From Bugula neritina (Eukaryota; Animalia; Bryozoa): a stretch of DNA of 64,000 nt. Every line of letters begins with the position of its first letter. Within the stretch, counting starts at the first letter, position 1. Where the stretch lies: assembly GCA_964035545.1 (NCBI GenBank), contig OZ037766.1:15800722-15864721 (forward strand). The letters are read 5' to 3'. The notes under the pieces are model-generated. The model made no database searches, was not told where the DNA came from, and saw nothing but the letters and a program-made list of their open reading frames with translations. Below, piece by piece: positions 40,048 to 55,330 of the stretch. Position numbers and translations under genes: made by a program.

Positions 40048-43000
40048 TTATTGGAGTTTAGAGATGAGATTCATAACTCTAAGACACATCTCTTCTCTGT
40101 AAGGCAGAGCTACACACTGTACACTGAGTGGTAGACCAGTGCTTCCTTTGATACTCTATAACAATAAGTATGTGAAGTTGTCTTATCTGGTAGTAAATGT
40201 TGCTTAAGAGAAGATAATTGCTATGACAAAATATGTATTAGCATATTGTATTAACAAAATATTATATAACTGTAATAGGCATGAGAAAGACAACATAACT
40301 TTGCATATAAATGTTGGCAATTTAAAATTGCATACCTTAAAAAAAAATTTTAGCTTTTACATTTGCAGAAGAGAGAGTTGGGCTAGTTGAGCTACATGCT
40401 TTAAATTTTCTCTTATAACCATTGCATCATTTTAACTCCTTTACTCAAGGGGGTTTTAGGTGAAGTACTATAGACATTGAAAATATATTAAATCAAAGCA
40501 GTAGTTGTCAGGTGAGCCAGTATTTTTCATATTTTTTATAGAAAGTGAGAAAACTTAAAATTCATGTTTTCATAAAATGTTGCATATATAGCTTCTCAAA
40601 TTTTAATAGGGCAAAGTCAAGTAGCTGCAGGCATGTGTTGTTACTATGATTTCAAAGCTGGGCAATGACCTAATGTTTCAGAGATATCTCATTCACAGCA
40701 GATATTGGTAATAAATTGTGGTATGAAAGCTTGTGGGGCTAGTTGAACCACATAAGAAGTGAGCGGAGTTGAACCATGCGCAGGTACAACTTGACCCACT
40801 AATTATTTCAAATATTATATTTATTATAATTGGGCACACAAAATTTTACATCTAATAAGTTTATATTTTTCTTAATAATTAAAAGTTTTTTGCCGTCAAT
40901 ATATAAATAAAAACATACATCTAGTACCTTAACAGATGAAAATAAAGGCCAACAATGTAACTCAGACACTCTGCAAATGTTTTCAGAATGATGCAAAATT
41001 ACATACGAAAAAATCAAGGAAGCAGGTAAGTAAAAATTAGTTCTAGCAAGCTAGAAATATGGTAAAGCAAGGCAGTGGCATAAAAGATGCTGCTACTACG
41101 ACAGGCTTAACCTATGTGACCTTGTTAAGAATCCTCAACCAGCCCTTTTAGAAAGTTGATTATGCGTATACATTTTCTGATGTCAAATGAGAGGGACCCT
41201 ACTCCATATCTATAACTTGTTCAAGGATGAATAATGAAGAGCAACTTTTGAGCTTTTCTTACCAGTTTTTTGCCACTGCTTAAATTTTTAAAGCGTCCTC
41301 AACGTCTATCTTTGAGATGTTAAATGGTTCTAATATGACAAATCATATGAAGCATTTCTTTTATTTGTGCCAAAATAATTCATTTTTATTCTCTTTATGT
41401 TTGTTTTTGTTAATTAATATTTAATGAATTATTTTTCAACTTGCTATATAAGTAAAGCGATTTATATTTTATAAGACAAATTGCACTGGTTCAACTCTCC
41501 CTTAATTAAGGCGGTTTAACAAACTACCCCTACCGGTTCGCGTTGTGCCAAAAAACTTATTTGCAAAATTTGGCTTTATCTTAGTAAGTATAAAATAATT
41601 ATGCACTTGCTTTTAATGAACAAAAACAGCAACATATGACTGATTGTCATGGTGTTAGTTTTTAATTAGCCAGAAATCTTGTCAAAAGCTATGCTCAAAA
41701 TAAAATTTTTGGTTCAGCTAGCCCCACTCTCCGCAATATTAGTTTAGAATTACCTTTTTAAGACATTTATGAACTTGATTATGATCAGGATAACATTTGA
41801 AATCATCAACTTCCTCTTCAGGAGATATTTTACCCACTGGAACAACTCCAGCTGGAAAGTTTACCATGTTCAGCAAATAACTATAAGAACCTAAACCTGT
41901 TGTAGTAAAAAACTGCCATTAAACAAACAAAATAAAATAAAGTTTGACAGAAAACAAAAAACAATCACTAAATCAAATCAAAACTGGACGAATACATCAA
42001 AAAGTGCAGCCAAAGCAGATTAAACTAATTATTGTTGATGCTACTCTAACTGTCATCATACTGAGTTGACAGGAAATTAGCTTGTAACTATATAATTGGA
42101 AGTAGATTAGAGTAGGTAATTGTAAAGCAAGAAATCCTAATTAACCATCACAGAAAAAATTCTTTAATACAAGTACTTTAACTTATTCATCTTCTATATA
42201 AATGAGTTTTTGACTCTGAATTAAAAAATGAAAAATAAAAATTAAAAATGCCAAAGAACCTTTTCTACCCACATTCTATCAAATAAATTTAGTGAAAATG
42301 AAACAAAGATGTATACATCAACTGCAGTGTCTGTACCAATTAGGAATATTTTAATATTATGGTTTATAATTAACTCCGATACAAGTGATAGTGTTTACTT
42401 TAAAAAAGATATCAACACCCAGATTGGTTTCAATCAACATGTTTTCCCTGCTTATGTTAGTACATCGTATAAACAGAAGAGCAGCAATAGGATAGCCATT
42501 TTACAAACAAATGATCTACAAATATTTTTGCCATCAAAAAGTAGAATATTTGCTATTATATATTTAAATTTATACTAAAAACGTAATAACACACTTATAA
42601 AAACAATAAATATATTAGCAAATTTCCGGTTGCTCAGGCTAACATAGTTTACTTTGAATGAGGGATAGATTTACCAACTAGTCTAAGTTTAATGAAGATA
42701 TAGGTACCTGACATGCAACCTTCTTCTTGGTCAATAAACTCAGCAGGAACGGGAACTGCTGGAGTAATTAGCACATCTATACCCTTATTCTTCCAATCCT
42801 GTACCCACATCTGCCTGTACTTCTGCGATAGAAATAACTCCAACTAATTTGTTATTTAATATCGAACTTTTCTTTGCCTAGGGAACTGACAGCAATGTGC
42901 TTCTCTTACTAAATCTGTTTTTTAAAGAATCTGCAGCTTACTGCAGACTATATTATGTAATACCTATGCATTTAAGAAAAAGTTCAAAAAGTATACAAAA

Positions 43001-46000
43001 AAGTTCCTCAAATCCGATCAATCAGACCTGAAAAAGTAACACATACCTGTGTCTGACACAAAGTATATCACATTGCATAATGTTCATGTGTAATACTATA
43101 TAAGTCCTGTCTTGCAGCATTGAATTTAAAAATTTAATAGTAATTAATGGAATATCAATGAATATAATATAACATATCCTATACTAACCTCCACAGTATC
43201 TGTCAGTTGAAACCATTTATTGACATTTTCAACTCCAACAACACCAACCAAATGCTTTTCTGTGAACCAACCAGGTAGCTATTCAAAATAGAACAGCAAA
43301 GTATCGTTATGTCACACACATACATCATAACCAATTCTATTTAAATGTGGACGACATAAAGCTTATAGCTATACTAGAACAGAATAACATACTATTAAAA
43401 ATGTATCTTGCGAAGTGTCATGCAACAAATTGTTTAGTGATGAGTAAAACTGAAACACCTTAACGTGATATCTGCTGCATTCTCTGAACAACACCTGCAG
43501 TTATTACTATAATGTTATGACAATAGAAAAATATGAATAGCAAATTTATGAGTACTTAAAGCACATGTCTTTCTAAAGTTTTTATAAGAGAAAGCTAAAA
43601 GTTTTTTAATAAAAATGTATCAGATCACAGACTGGTTACACTTGGCTTTGCTATACAATAAATAAATTTTTATAAAAATGAAGCAATTTGTTTATTATGC
43701 ATATATCAAATTAAATATTTTGTTTGTTGTATACCAAATAGATATTGTTTATAGCATCGATTTTCGTAAAAACTAGAGTTATAGACATAGCCTTTGATCC
43801 AACTGAAAACATGGTTTGAGGCTTTTAATTTAAGACACAGCAGCAATAAAATTGAAGGGGAAAGTTGCCAGTGTAGTGCACAATGCTTCATGTTAGACCA
43901 GTGTTTTTACTTCTTCTATTCACCAAATGACAATACAATAAGCACAACAAGTTTACTGCACATCATGGCTGGTCACACGACTTGATGTTGAAATAAGATA
44001 GTACTAAATTTAATTAGAATGATGATATTTTATTATATTAGAACCTTACCAGCCAGCCCACAGTATATGCCAAGTAGTATTTAAACCAGTCAACCCATCC
44101 TAGTTTTGAAAAAAGTCTTTTTATAGTGTAAGAGACCTCATCATTTTCTCTACAAATACAGATTACAAAATGTTTAAAAACTACAATCACTTGATAATAA
44201 GGATGTGTTGGCAGATAGCTTCAATGTAGCCAGCGCAAGATGTTTTAGACATGACTCACAGAAGTTGAAAAATTGAGGTCCCGCCATCAGCAAAGAGAAT
44301 CTCACGCAAAAGTTTGTGAGGAATGCAGTCGAATTGAGGTAACTCCCATTCCACAACCTAGAAAGAAGGTATTACTTTATAAAAAAAAACATTACCTGAG
44401 TATACAAAGTAGTATTTCAAAGCTGCTTATTAATTGTAAGCATATATAGGCAAAGTGCTAGGAGCGTATGCTGATAAATCAACAAATATATATTTCAGCT
44501 TTGAGTCTATATTTAATCCCTTACTGCAAACTGCTACCAACTCGTCCACTACCATTTTGCCCCGCTACCAACTTGCCCCACTACCAACTTGTCCCTCTAC
44601 TAGCTTGCCCCGCTACCAACTTGCTCTGCTATTAACTTGTCCTGCTATCAACTTCTCTAGTCATACTTATTATGACTATGGTAGACTATGGTAGACTAAG
44701 CATATACAATTATTTGCACAATAAATTAGGATGTCAATTGCTATAAACATTTAAGGATGTAGAAATCTTTTGTGGAATTTGATAATCAGATTTATTTCAT
44801 TCAACTAAAAGTAACACTGAGCCAATGAGGAAAGTTGACAGGGAGGAGGTTACAAATCTAAGTTATGTCATGGTTGATTTATAATTGTAATGTCTAAACT
44901 TAACTAATAAAACAAAAACTTGAAAACAATTCCAAAACATTCTGTTAGTTTTATACTTGACCATCACAAACCAACCAGTCCGACTATATAAGAGAATAGT
45001 GATTTCTCTACATGTGTCAACTGTTAAAGTGTCACTGGGACATTGAGAATGACAGTTTCTAGTCACTTACCTTATGACCTTGAGAAGATAACTCTTGAAC
45101 TACTTTAGTAACGGCATTCTTAGCAGATTTGGTGACTTCAACAATTGGCCAATAATATGAATATCCGATAGTCAGCGGTTTAGTGGAGAGATATTCCTGA
45201 AAATTAAAGCCAAAGATGTGCATGAAAGTTGCAGACAGCAGACAGCAGACTACTTGAATATGTTTCTGGTATTGAGTACACAGATATCGAATATGTTGCA
45301 CAGACATCGATATTTTCTGTGAACTGCATGTTCACATGTATGCCAAGGTTTATCCATCTCAGAATTTAATCATATCTAGTAGCCAGATCGTTAGCGAATA
45401 ATGAGTAAATTCATCAAAATGTGTACATTACATATACAAATCTAAAGTAAATCCTCACCTGAGATAAAACTATTCATTACTTAAGAAACTTTGTAGAAGG
45501 AGAACTAACCTCAGAGTTGAAGTAAACCCTAGGAACTGCAGTGTTATTGTTATATTGAAAGTCAGAGCACAGGACTTTACTAAACTCTACCAAAGCTGCA
45601 ACATCTCTGCCCACCAGCCCTGGAACTCCTCTTACTGCAACCAATAAAGCTTATGGATAAAATTTGCAAAGTCTGATTCAACTAGGCATCAACAACTGAG
45701 AATGTTTAGCTTTTACAGATTCAGACAGAACATATAAAGACGTTAGCACCTAGTGTCTGTCCACATCCTATCCCATTCATGAAGCATGCAGAGAAACGAT
45801 CCATTGAAGGTTTCAGTGCATTGACTCCACACCAGGCTGCCGGCACACGAACGCTGCCACCTGCGATCAGAAGCAAAGTTGATACATGAAACAAGCAAAC
45901 CAATTTATGCATTACATGATACAGAACTTGTCCAGTGGTAATTATCTTTAGTTATATTTTCATAAATAGAATTTTATTTTGTGTGCTTGAAGAAGTGATG

Positions 46001-49000
46001 GAATAGCATAATATCAGACTCCAATGCCCTCCTCCAAGGCTAAGAAATAAATAATTTTTTTTCTAAAATTCTGCGGTTTGTAAAAGAATGAAATACTAAT
46101 AGCTTCCAGGACCATTTTTGTTTGATTTCTTCAACGATTTGAATTTGAAGGCTTTTTTGTTTCTAGAAAATGTAAAATTTCATTTCATACTGTTTGGTAT
46201 CTCACATCTTTTAAAATAAAATTTGAGACAAGCTAAAGTTGAAATAACACTAAATATTTTAATTTAGCTGAATTACACTCACGAATAAAACTGATTTTTT
46301 ACTAATAGAAACATCCATTTTTGCAAACAACTATCATGACTATTTAGCTGATATATATGTAAGTATAAGTTACATTTGTCCTGAATGTGGTAAAGCTCAT
46401 ATAAATAATATGTAATCAATATGTAATCACACAAAAGATAATTTCAACTTTGCCAGCTATTTTAAGGTTTTAGCATTGATGAACATTCCATAAATAAAAA
46501 AGTTTTGTGTAATTATACATTCATCAGACCTTCACTTAAACAGCTAAAGAAAATTAAAGAAATTATTGAATTTTTTTTACTACTGCACCTGAATAATTTA
46601 TTAAGGTAGGAGAAAATTGGAAAAATGGGACAAAGCTTGTGTTCTAGAGAAGAAATGTAGCACAGAAAGCTATATTCTTTCAAGAATTTCAACGCTTTGC
46701 CCCAAAACAAACTCTATGAAAAAATTAAAAAACTAAAGTTATTGAATTTGTTTCTATTACTCCACCTAAAAGTATTTAGTGAGTGGCAGTTAGTTTTACA
46801 ACTGATCAATTTGATATATATGCAATGAGCATAATTATGCATTCACCTATGTCAGAACCAAGTCCAATAATTGAAGATCCAGATCCTACAGCGGCTCCTT
46901 CTCCGGCAGAAGACCCACCAGGAGAACGTGCGAGATCTAGAGGGTTCCTTGTTTGGCCATATATGGGGTTATGAGCTCCCAGAGACATCATTGTTTGTGG
47001 AATATTAGTTCTAATAAAAGGCACAGCTCCAGCATCTATCAGCGTCTAGGAGACAAGAAATATATCTGAACAATTAACAAGTATGAGTTTCAAACCTGTA
47101 ATACAAAGCGACACAATGACTGGTAGAGAATCTGGCGATTGGCCTGCTAGATATCTTGTTGATGAGCCAAAAATTTTTAAGTTTTTTTCAAAAACTAATC
47201 TCAATTTTGCCAACATTTTATTTTGTCTTTCAAAGCAGCTATGATTTTGCCAACAGCTAAAGCAGCTGTCATACTTAAATAGCATGTTTGTGTTAACTTC
47301 TCGATTCATTCATTGAGCATGTATTCAAAAGTAATGTTTTTATAACTGAAACCGTATTGATGCAAACTGCCATGTAAGTGACAATAAAATTATTCAAATT
47401 AACAGAATCTACCAACATCAAATAAAAAACATATTATTTAAATGTTAAATGCCCCCAGCATGTGCTAGCGTCTTATTATTACTACTATAGCTAAGTTGAT
47501 AATTATGTTGTGTACTTGTACCTCTTCTAAAATTTGCTCTTGGTTAACCAAAAAGAAGTGCTTATATAATTTTAAAAAGGAAACTTGATGCCAAATTTAT
47601 TATCAATAATGATTCAGATACTGAATTTTTCTTAAAAAATCTAAATTAATGATATTTGCAAAAAACACATTACTAGAATTTACTCTTAAAGTTAAAAACC
47701 AATATTGGTAAAGCGTAACACATACTTGTACAGTTGGGCATGTAGCAGCACTTGAGTTGCTTATCAGTTTTGATGCACCCGCAGTACATTGATAGCCAGA
47801 AATCCCAAAATTTTCCTTTAAGGAAAATGGAATGCCAAACAAGGGTAACTTGTCCGTTTCACTAGCTGGCAATCCATCCAGTCTTCGGGCTATTTTCTAA
47901 ACATAAAACCGAGATAATTATTTAGTAGCACTATAATACTTTTTGATAAACATGGCTACTATAAAAGCAGGCCAATTGATAAAAATTTTTACCTCAGCCT
48001 CCAAAACTGGTTGAATGATAAAATTCAGCCGTACATTTTCAGTGAAAGCAACTCTCTGATATGCATATAAGACTTCAATGCAAGAAAGTTCTCGTTTCTG
48101 TAGCTTTGATTGCAACTCTTTGAATGCAAGGGAAGTTATTTCTTTGGCTCTTTCTGCTGAAACCTGAAACAGTAGCATGTTGAACTACAATTTTACATCC
48201 GTCTAAGTTAGTGATTGCAACCTGAGAGGAATTCCCCCCTAGAGGGGAATTTGGACTTCTTAGGGGGGTAATTTGGATTTTGAAAAATTCACGCAGTTTG
48301 TTGAAGGCTTTTTGAGCTCTTGCAAGTTACATGTATATGCATATCTATAAACCTTCATCTTAGTTCATTTATTTAACCAAACCATATTCTGCAATCTCAG
48401 TTTAGTCCTACATGAATGCATTTATTAATTACTCTACCCTAACTGCTCTCTGTGTTACTTCGAATAGAGATCAAAAAATTTACAAAAACGAACAGGCCAA
48501 CTGTTAACAGCCAGGCAAGTCAATCTCCAGGAACTGTATATTACATATCTAGTGAATACATTTCCTACACTAAATAATCTAAACCTAAAAATACATGAGT
48601 GCAATCATCATACCATTGCTTTTTATAGCAACATCAATGTTTTTAAAGTTACACTGTAAAGTGGTGGCGTCCCTATCAATGAGCTATTATTAAAGAACCT
48701 GTTCCAATTTTAGGTAAAAATCGCACTGTATTAAACTTTCCCAAACGACAGACCCAAACCTCCAAACCCCACATCCTGAACACCTAACTCCCACCCCAAA
48801 TCTTTAATCCTAATACAATTATTGAGAGTGTGTCAATTTTACCTAATTTTTCATTCGTGCAATTGTTACCTGTGCCAATTTTACTGAACACCATCTGTTC
48901 TAGATCATTTTTCAAAAAAACTTCTGGGCTGCTCTTTGAACTCTTAATGGAGTTTTAATGGTATTTCTCTGAGCTACCCTCTCAAAAAAAGAGCTAGATT

Positions 49001-50695
49001 TTTAACTTGGCATGTGACCCATTGCAACGATTTATTGAAAAGATTTCAGAGGAATTGCATGAGGACTTTATTGAGTTGGTTCATAATTCAGCAATGAAGA
49101 CTGATTTGAAATTTTTTCTAATTAATGTATTGTAGGTGGTTGTGACAGCCGTTAATGGTTACTGTATCAGCTGATAATTGTTGCTGCGTCAGCACGGATG
49201 CCTATGTATTGTGATTCACTTAATGAAGGGTGAATGGATGCAGGCCACAACTTTATTTTTGCCTATTGCCAACAGTATATTTTCTAAGTTAGACTTCATT
49301 CATACTCATACTTGTACTTTACTTGTACTCATACTTGAACTCATACTTGAACTCATACTTGAACTCGAACTGTAACCTATAACCATGAAAATTACAAACA
49401 TATTGTTAACTTAACATTAATTACATAGCTGACAAAACATTTAGTTAATGAAATTCAAAACAAAAGATAATATAATACTTGATAGTTACAGTTATTTTGA
49501 CAATTAAGTATAGATTGCCTGCATCTTTAGCAGAAGGAAAATTGAGCTACACTGACTCATCGATCAAAAACTGGCAGTAAATAGCTATTGCGAAAGTTTT
49601 CACAAATAGCTTTCGTTACACAATGGTTTTTGGAAAGCTGCCAAAAAGCTACTGCAACAGTGGTGTCCAGTAACAAAGGCACAGGTAATAATGGCACAAA
49701 TGAAAATGTAGGTAAAAATAGCACATTTTTAATATTGAGATTTGAAGATTTGGGTTTGAGTTTGCTTAACTTCAGTGTGCCATTTTTACCCACTTTTTCA
49801 TTTGAGCCATTATTACCTGTGCCATTTTTGTCTAAAATCATTCTGGGTTTCAACAACCAAATTCTTTTCACACATAGCTGACAAAGCAATGTTTTAGTTC
49901 CATTCAACACCACCTATCCATCCAAGGTAAGATTCTCATCAATTCGAAGAGAAGAAAAACTGCCTTAACCTGCAGAGTGACTTAACATGAGCCTGGTCAA
50001 AAACAGAGCCAGGCTGAAGCAAGCTGGCAAAAAGCATCAGCTGCAGCCATAACATTAATAATTGAACTGCTCTGTGTTTTATAACACAATAATAACGATA
50101 ATATAACTATTATATGATAATTATATTATATTCAAATATAACAGGACAAAGTCTATTGCATTGTATCATATATTATCATTGTCAGTCATAAAATTTGTTC
50201 GCTTTGCGAAAGGAGAGAAATTAATAGTCAACATTTATGAAAAGGGGGCATAGTATGAAAAAGGTTGGGAACTATGATCTAAGTAAATAATTTGACTATT
50301 ACCATATTAGTTCTTTCATACACTATTTAAACCACATACTTAAACTGCTATTTTCTAAAAGTTTTGCATATGAGGGAAAGCAAGTACTTATCAAATCAAA
50401 ATCTATTTCAATATAATAGTATGCCATCAACTTTGGTATGAAATAAACTAACCTTCAAATAACACACAGTTTGAGCTTGCACCAGTTGAGAATAAAGTTT
50501 GGAACTGTATTCATCCCGTAAGTAGTCCAGAGATTGCTTTTTCCGCTTATTCCTATTGTTTTGGAGTAGCCAAAGCATTATGCAAATAGGCAAGCTTGAG
50601 ATAGTTAGGTAATGGCTCCTGTTGAAATTAAAATTAAATTTCTGTGACAGATATTCAATAAAAGATCTAAAAGTCAAGTCAGCTGGCTTCACCAT
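40048..50695 (-). CDS. FAAH: Fatty-acid amide hydrolase 1-like amidase-signature enzyme, 13 coding exons, 599 aa
   Basis: Exons 50695-50453, 48163-47993, 47896-47726, 47045-46847, 45860-45750, 45634-45510, 45196-45071, 44357-44260, 44149-44050, 43278-43189, 42822-42708, 41896-41754 and 40155-40048 total 1800 nt in phase. Catalytic triad motifs SLKE, GGSS and DIGGSVR are intact. C-terminal GLPLSVQCVALPYREEMCLR. Confidence 0.92.
40363..41737. mobile_element. Non-autonomous TIR DNA transposon in FAAH intron 12
   Basis: Left end gagagttgggctagttgagc and right end ttcagctagccccactctcc are imperfect inverted repeats. Internal copies of gttgaacca/tggttcaac. The left end recurs at ~6294. Confidence 0.6.
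44533..44655. repeat. Degenerate ~17-bp minisatellite (ctaccaacttgcccc)
   Basis: Directly visible repeats in FAAH intron 7. Confidence 0.75.
48209..50276 (+). mobile_element. hAT (Buster/Charlie-like) DNA transposon remnant in FAAH intron 1
   Basis: TIR-like ends tagtgattgcaacct and aggttgggaactatg. 8-bp TSD gtctaagt (48201-48208) / atctaagt (50277-50284). Single empty site at 7950-7957 in the paralog. Transposase C-terminal remnants EELHEDFIELV and VLVPFNTTY. Confidence 0.85.
49661..49840. mobile_element. Palindromic MITE nested in the hAT element; related half-copy at ~48829-48893
   Basis: ggcacaggtaataatggcacaaatgaaaa...ttttcatttgagccattattacctgtgcc inverted arms. Confidence 0.75.
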
Positions 50696-51342
50696 GTCTC
50701 GCGATCAGCTAGTTCACAAAGAACCCTGTGAATTAAAAAAAACTTCTGAAGTAAAACTGCTTGCATTAAGGTTTTTATAAAAAATCAGTATTTTCTTAGT
50801 CATCGTTGTGAGACGCCAAAATATTAGCTTGTTTTCACTTAAATATGGAAGAGTTACAACCCCCCCCCCAAGTATAGTGAATATATGATTGAAACAATGA
50901 GTGTTACTAGATTCAAGTTTAAATGAATATGCTGCAATACAAACTATGGATAACTTGGCTGTTGTTTTATTATGGCTTTGTTGTTATGCAGCTGCTCTCT
51001 CTTACTCTCTCTACAATTCAATCTAGTAACATGTTATAAGATTATTAAAGCTTATTCACCTATAATACTACAGCATATATACAATATGGCTTGAAAGTTC
51101 AAAGTTTAAACTTTTAAGTCATCTCAGTGATTAGGCTGCGGGTGCAGCAGCTAACAATAGTAAGCAATGAAAGTTAGCTATAATTAGTATAAGTTTTATA
51201 ATAGCAAACAGTCAAAGCCGGCCTGAAACATTGTGCAAAAGCCATTGGAAATTCCAAATCATTTCAGCACATACTCGCACAAAATTCATTATAAAACAAA
51301 ATTGTTTAGGCATACAACCTTAAAGCAGTCTTTAGATGAAAA

Positions 51343-51345
<3 letters not shown>

Positions 51346-51426
<81 letters not shown>
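51346..51426. repeat. (TA)n microsatellite
   Basis: Directly visible. Confidence 0.98.
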
Positions 51427-51428
<2 letters not shown>

Positions 51429-51544
51429 TGCAACTCCACGACGTTGAGGCATTCAAACATAATGAGCATACAAGTACGAGCTCATGAGTATAATCACAGG
51501 AAAGTAAACAATATATACGCTTTTAAGTTTTTCTGATAAGACCA

Positions 51545-52043
51545 TGTGCATTGGCTGTGGGAAGTACTGTTTCTCAACCACTAGGTACACAGACACTCGT
51601 AATAAGAAACGTATGTTGTATTACATTACATTTCTAAGGTGCAATAACTCTATGTACTACGCTCAGGCTAACATTCTAAAATGCGACACCACAACAACTA
51701 TTGTGGTCGCCACCATTGAACTATAGTTTCCGTTCAGTGGTCGCCGCCACCTGAACCCCACCGGCCAATCAGATGACGCTTACCATTTATAAGTAGTGCC
51801 TTCCGGCGCCCAGCCTCAGTTTTGAGATAGCTATAGGATTAAACTAGTCACTTGTGTATCTGATCTCATATGTGTGTTCTTTTTCTATTATTATACTTTG
51901 TCTTTTACAGCTAGATCTAAAGTATAGTGGATTGTATAACGTAACCACTCCTCAGTTCTCTTCACAAACCTTGTATTTAGGTTATGAGCCAGCAGTTTAG
52001 CACATAATAGACCACACTAGTAGTAGTCCACAAAACTGCAACA
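51545..52043 (+). mobile_element. Probable solo LTR
   Basis: TG...CA ends, internal CCAAT (ggccaatca) and TATA-like tttataa. Both termini resemble the inverted element at 60057-60532. Confidence 0.6.
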
Positions 52044-52379
52044 CATGGCAGTCACATGGGTAAGTCATAAACATAAATCAATCTTGCTGAACCATCGATT
52101 AAATAAATAGTCAAGCATAATTAAAAGTTATACTCCAATAAGTAGACAGCAGCTGATTAATTAGATAATATAAAAAGAACATGCAGTTCGAGTAATTTGA
52201 CTTATGATGAGACTATAAAATAATACATATATTGACTTAATCTTTCTTTATGTTCATTATGTTCTGGAAAGCCACAGCTGAACCAGTAAGAAAAATTATG
52301 TAACATTTAGCCAACTTTTTGTAACGTTTTGTCATAATTTTACCTACTGTTTTTTTTTGAGTATGTGATGATGGCAGGC

Positions 52380-52756
52380 CAGGTTAGAGGGGGGGGGGGA
52401 GTTCGTGTGAAACATCAAGTTAAAAACTCAAGAGTTCCCCTGCCAGCCATCATACTGACCAATGCACAATCTGTACGCTACAAGCTAGATGAACTGCACG
52501 GATTAATATTAAATACAGAAGCACTTGGGGCAGAGATTCTTTTATACGCCAGGCAGCACTCAAGCTAAATAAACTTGTATAATAAATTTTGTTAATTGAA
52601 CTTCCAGCCTCAGAGACTTTTTACTCCTATTTTTAAGCCATGTATGTTACACTGTTATCATTTTTAATATCATGGGCATCGGTATTTAACACTTTTTTTT
52701 ACAACATATATCATGTTAGTGATAGAAATAAAATCAATCAATCAATCAATCAATCA
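52380..52756 (+). mobile_element. Internally deleted LINE remnant
   Basis: LPAIILTNAQSVRYKLDEL (APE N-terminus) joined to an AATAAA plus (ATCA)n tail. Confidence 0.55.
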
Positions 52757-53964
52757 TTCTCTGGTCCAAACTTATTGATGCATATGCTACCGGTTTGCCT
52801 GGTTGCATTAGGCAGTGGAGGCTTGTTAGCAAGCTGAGTTTGAAATCATGTTTCATTGATAGAGCTACTTTCCAATTGTTATGTTGTAATTTCAGAGTGG
52901 TGAGATATATTCCAATGTACAGATGTCTTTATATACACACACTAGACAGCATTCGGAAGGCCTATTGCTCTAAATGAAGTAACTTTTGAGGCTTTATAGG
53001 CCAAATCAACTTAGCTTTTTTGTTGTTAATTATGCAGTTTTGCAGCTTACAGATCATTAAAAGATAAGGAGCTGCCAAGCCAGGAATTTGCCATTGAATT
53101 TAATACTAAAATAAACCATTATTTTTTTTACACTATAATTTTTAAATGCAACCTATTTTTAGAAAATACTTCATCCTTGCTAAATGTTTACAGGGCCTAT
53201 TTCCCCTAGTTTATTGCTTTTTTCATATTTTTTTAGTTTAAACTTTAAAATATGTCAACATAAAGAGCTTATATAAACTGACTAACTGTAGCTAAAATAG
53301 AATTGCATTCCCCTGCCATTTTTGCAAGAACTGCAAAATATATAGTACTGATGAAATGCTAGTAAATGATATAAAAATGGTTAGAAAATAACAAATTTGA
53401 ATAATTGATATCTAAGAAAATAAAACAAACGACTACTAAAAGTTTACTGACCTATATATTATGTAACTGTAAATGGTTGAATGTCAAACAGGTAATAAAA
53501 TAAAAGTGTAATTATTTTTATTGCGTAAGCTTATGTTTATTGTACCTAATATGCTTCAGCTGTTCTGCAGATAATAAAAACTAATGCAAACAGTTACAAT
53601 TAATCTTCTATATTAAAGCACATTCCAACATCTAACAAATATAATAGATTTTATAAATGACATAATGATTTGTGATATAATTCTTTTAATTATATTTAGT
53701 AAAGTCAGTATATAATATATACAAAATTACCATAGTTTGCTAAAAAAACAACATCAACATGGTACAAATAACTTAAGCCCTAAGTCAAACAAACTTGCAG
53801 GAAGATGTCACCTATGTTACATAATTACATTCATTTATAGAGAGCCAATAATAGTGTGCTGTGTGAGTGTGTTGTGCGTTTCAGACTATTGGACCTTCAG
53901 AACAATGGGCCTTTAGAATACTGCTCAATCCCATTTTAACTACACTAAATGAAGAGGTCAGTGC

Positions 53965-54209
53965 ATTGTATTGTATTGTAGACCTTGTAGACCATCTAGA
54001 TCAAGCAGACTGTGACACCTTTGGTTTTCTTACTGACACTCAATTTATAACTATTGCATGCAAATTTCTTGACTGTATATTACTAGTATTGTATTGTATT
54101 GTAGACCTTGTAGACCATCTAGATCAAGCAGACTGTGACACCTTTGGTTTTCTTACTGACACTCAATTTATAATTATTACATGCAAATTTCTTGACTGTA
54201 TGTTACTAG
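53965..54209. repeat. 123-bp direct tandem duplication
   Basis: Units 53965-54087 and 54088-54209 are nearly identical. Confidence 0.93.
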
Positions 54210-54473
54210 CAAAATTGCTGCAGCAAAAACTTTATAACACAGCTAGCAGTTGGCTACATAATACCCGGTATCATTGCTTATAGAAATAGGTCTATTCAAA
54301 TGCCACACAGACAATGAATGTCAAAGGCAGGCCAAGAAAACTAGGCCTCCGCAATCACAAAGCCTAAAAGTAGTCAGTAAACAGTGGGTGAACTGTACTA
54401 TCTATACACTATACAACAAATCAAATAAATCCTTCCATCTTAAATAGCTACTTTTTTGACAAATTGTCCTATA

Positions 54474-55330
<857 letters not shown>

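Noticed and set aside
44533-44655. Short regularly spaced repeats resembling a CRISPR array
   Set aside because: No unique spacers, eukaryotic intron context, no cas genes; a degenerate minisatellite
53867-54283. 138-aa ORF with an internal repeat
   Set aside because: Arises from a 123-bp (in-frame) tandem duplication; no recognisable protein motif
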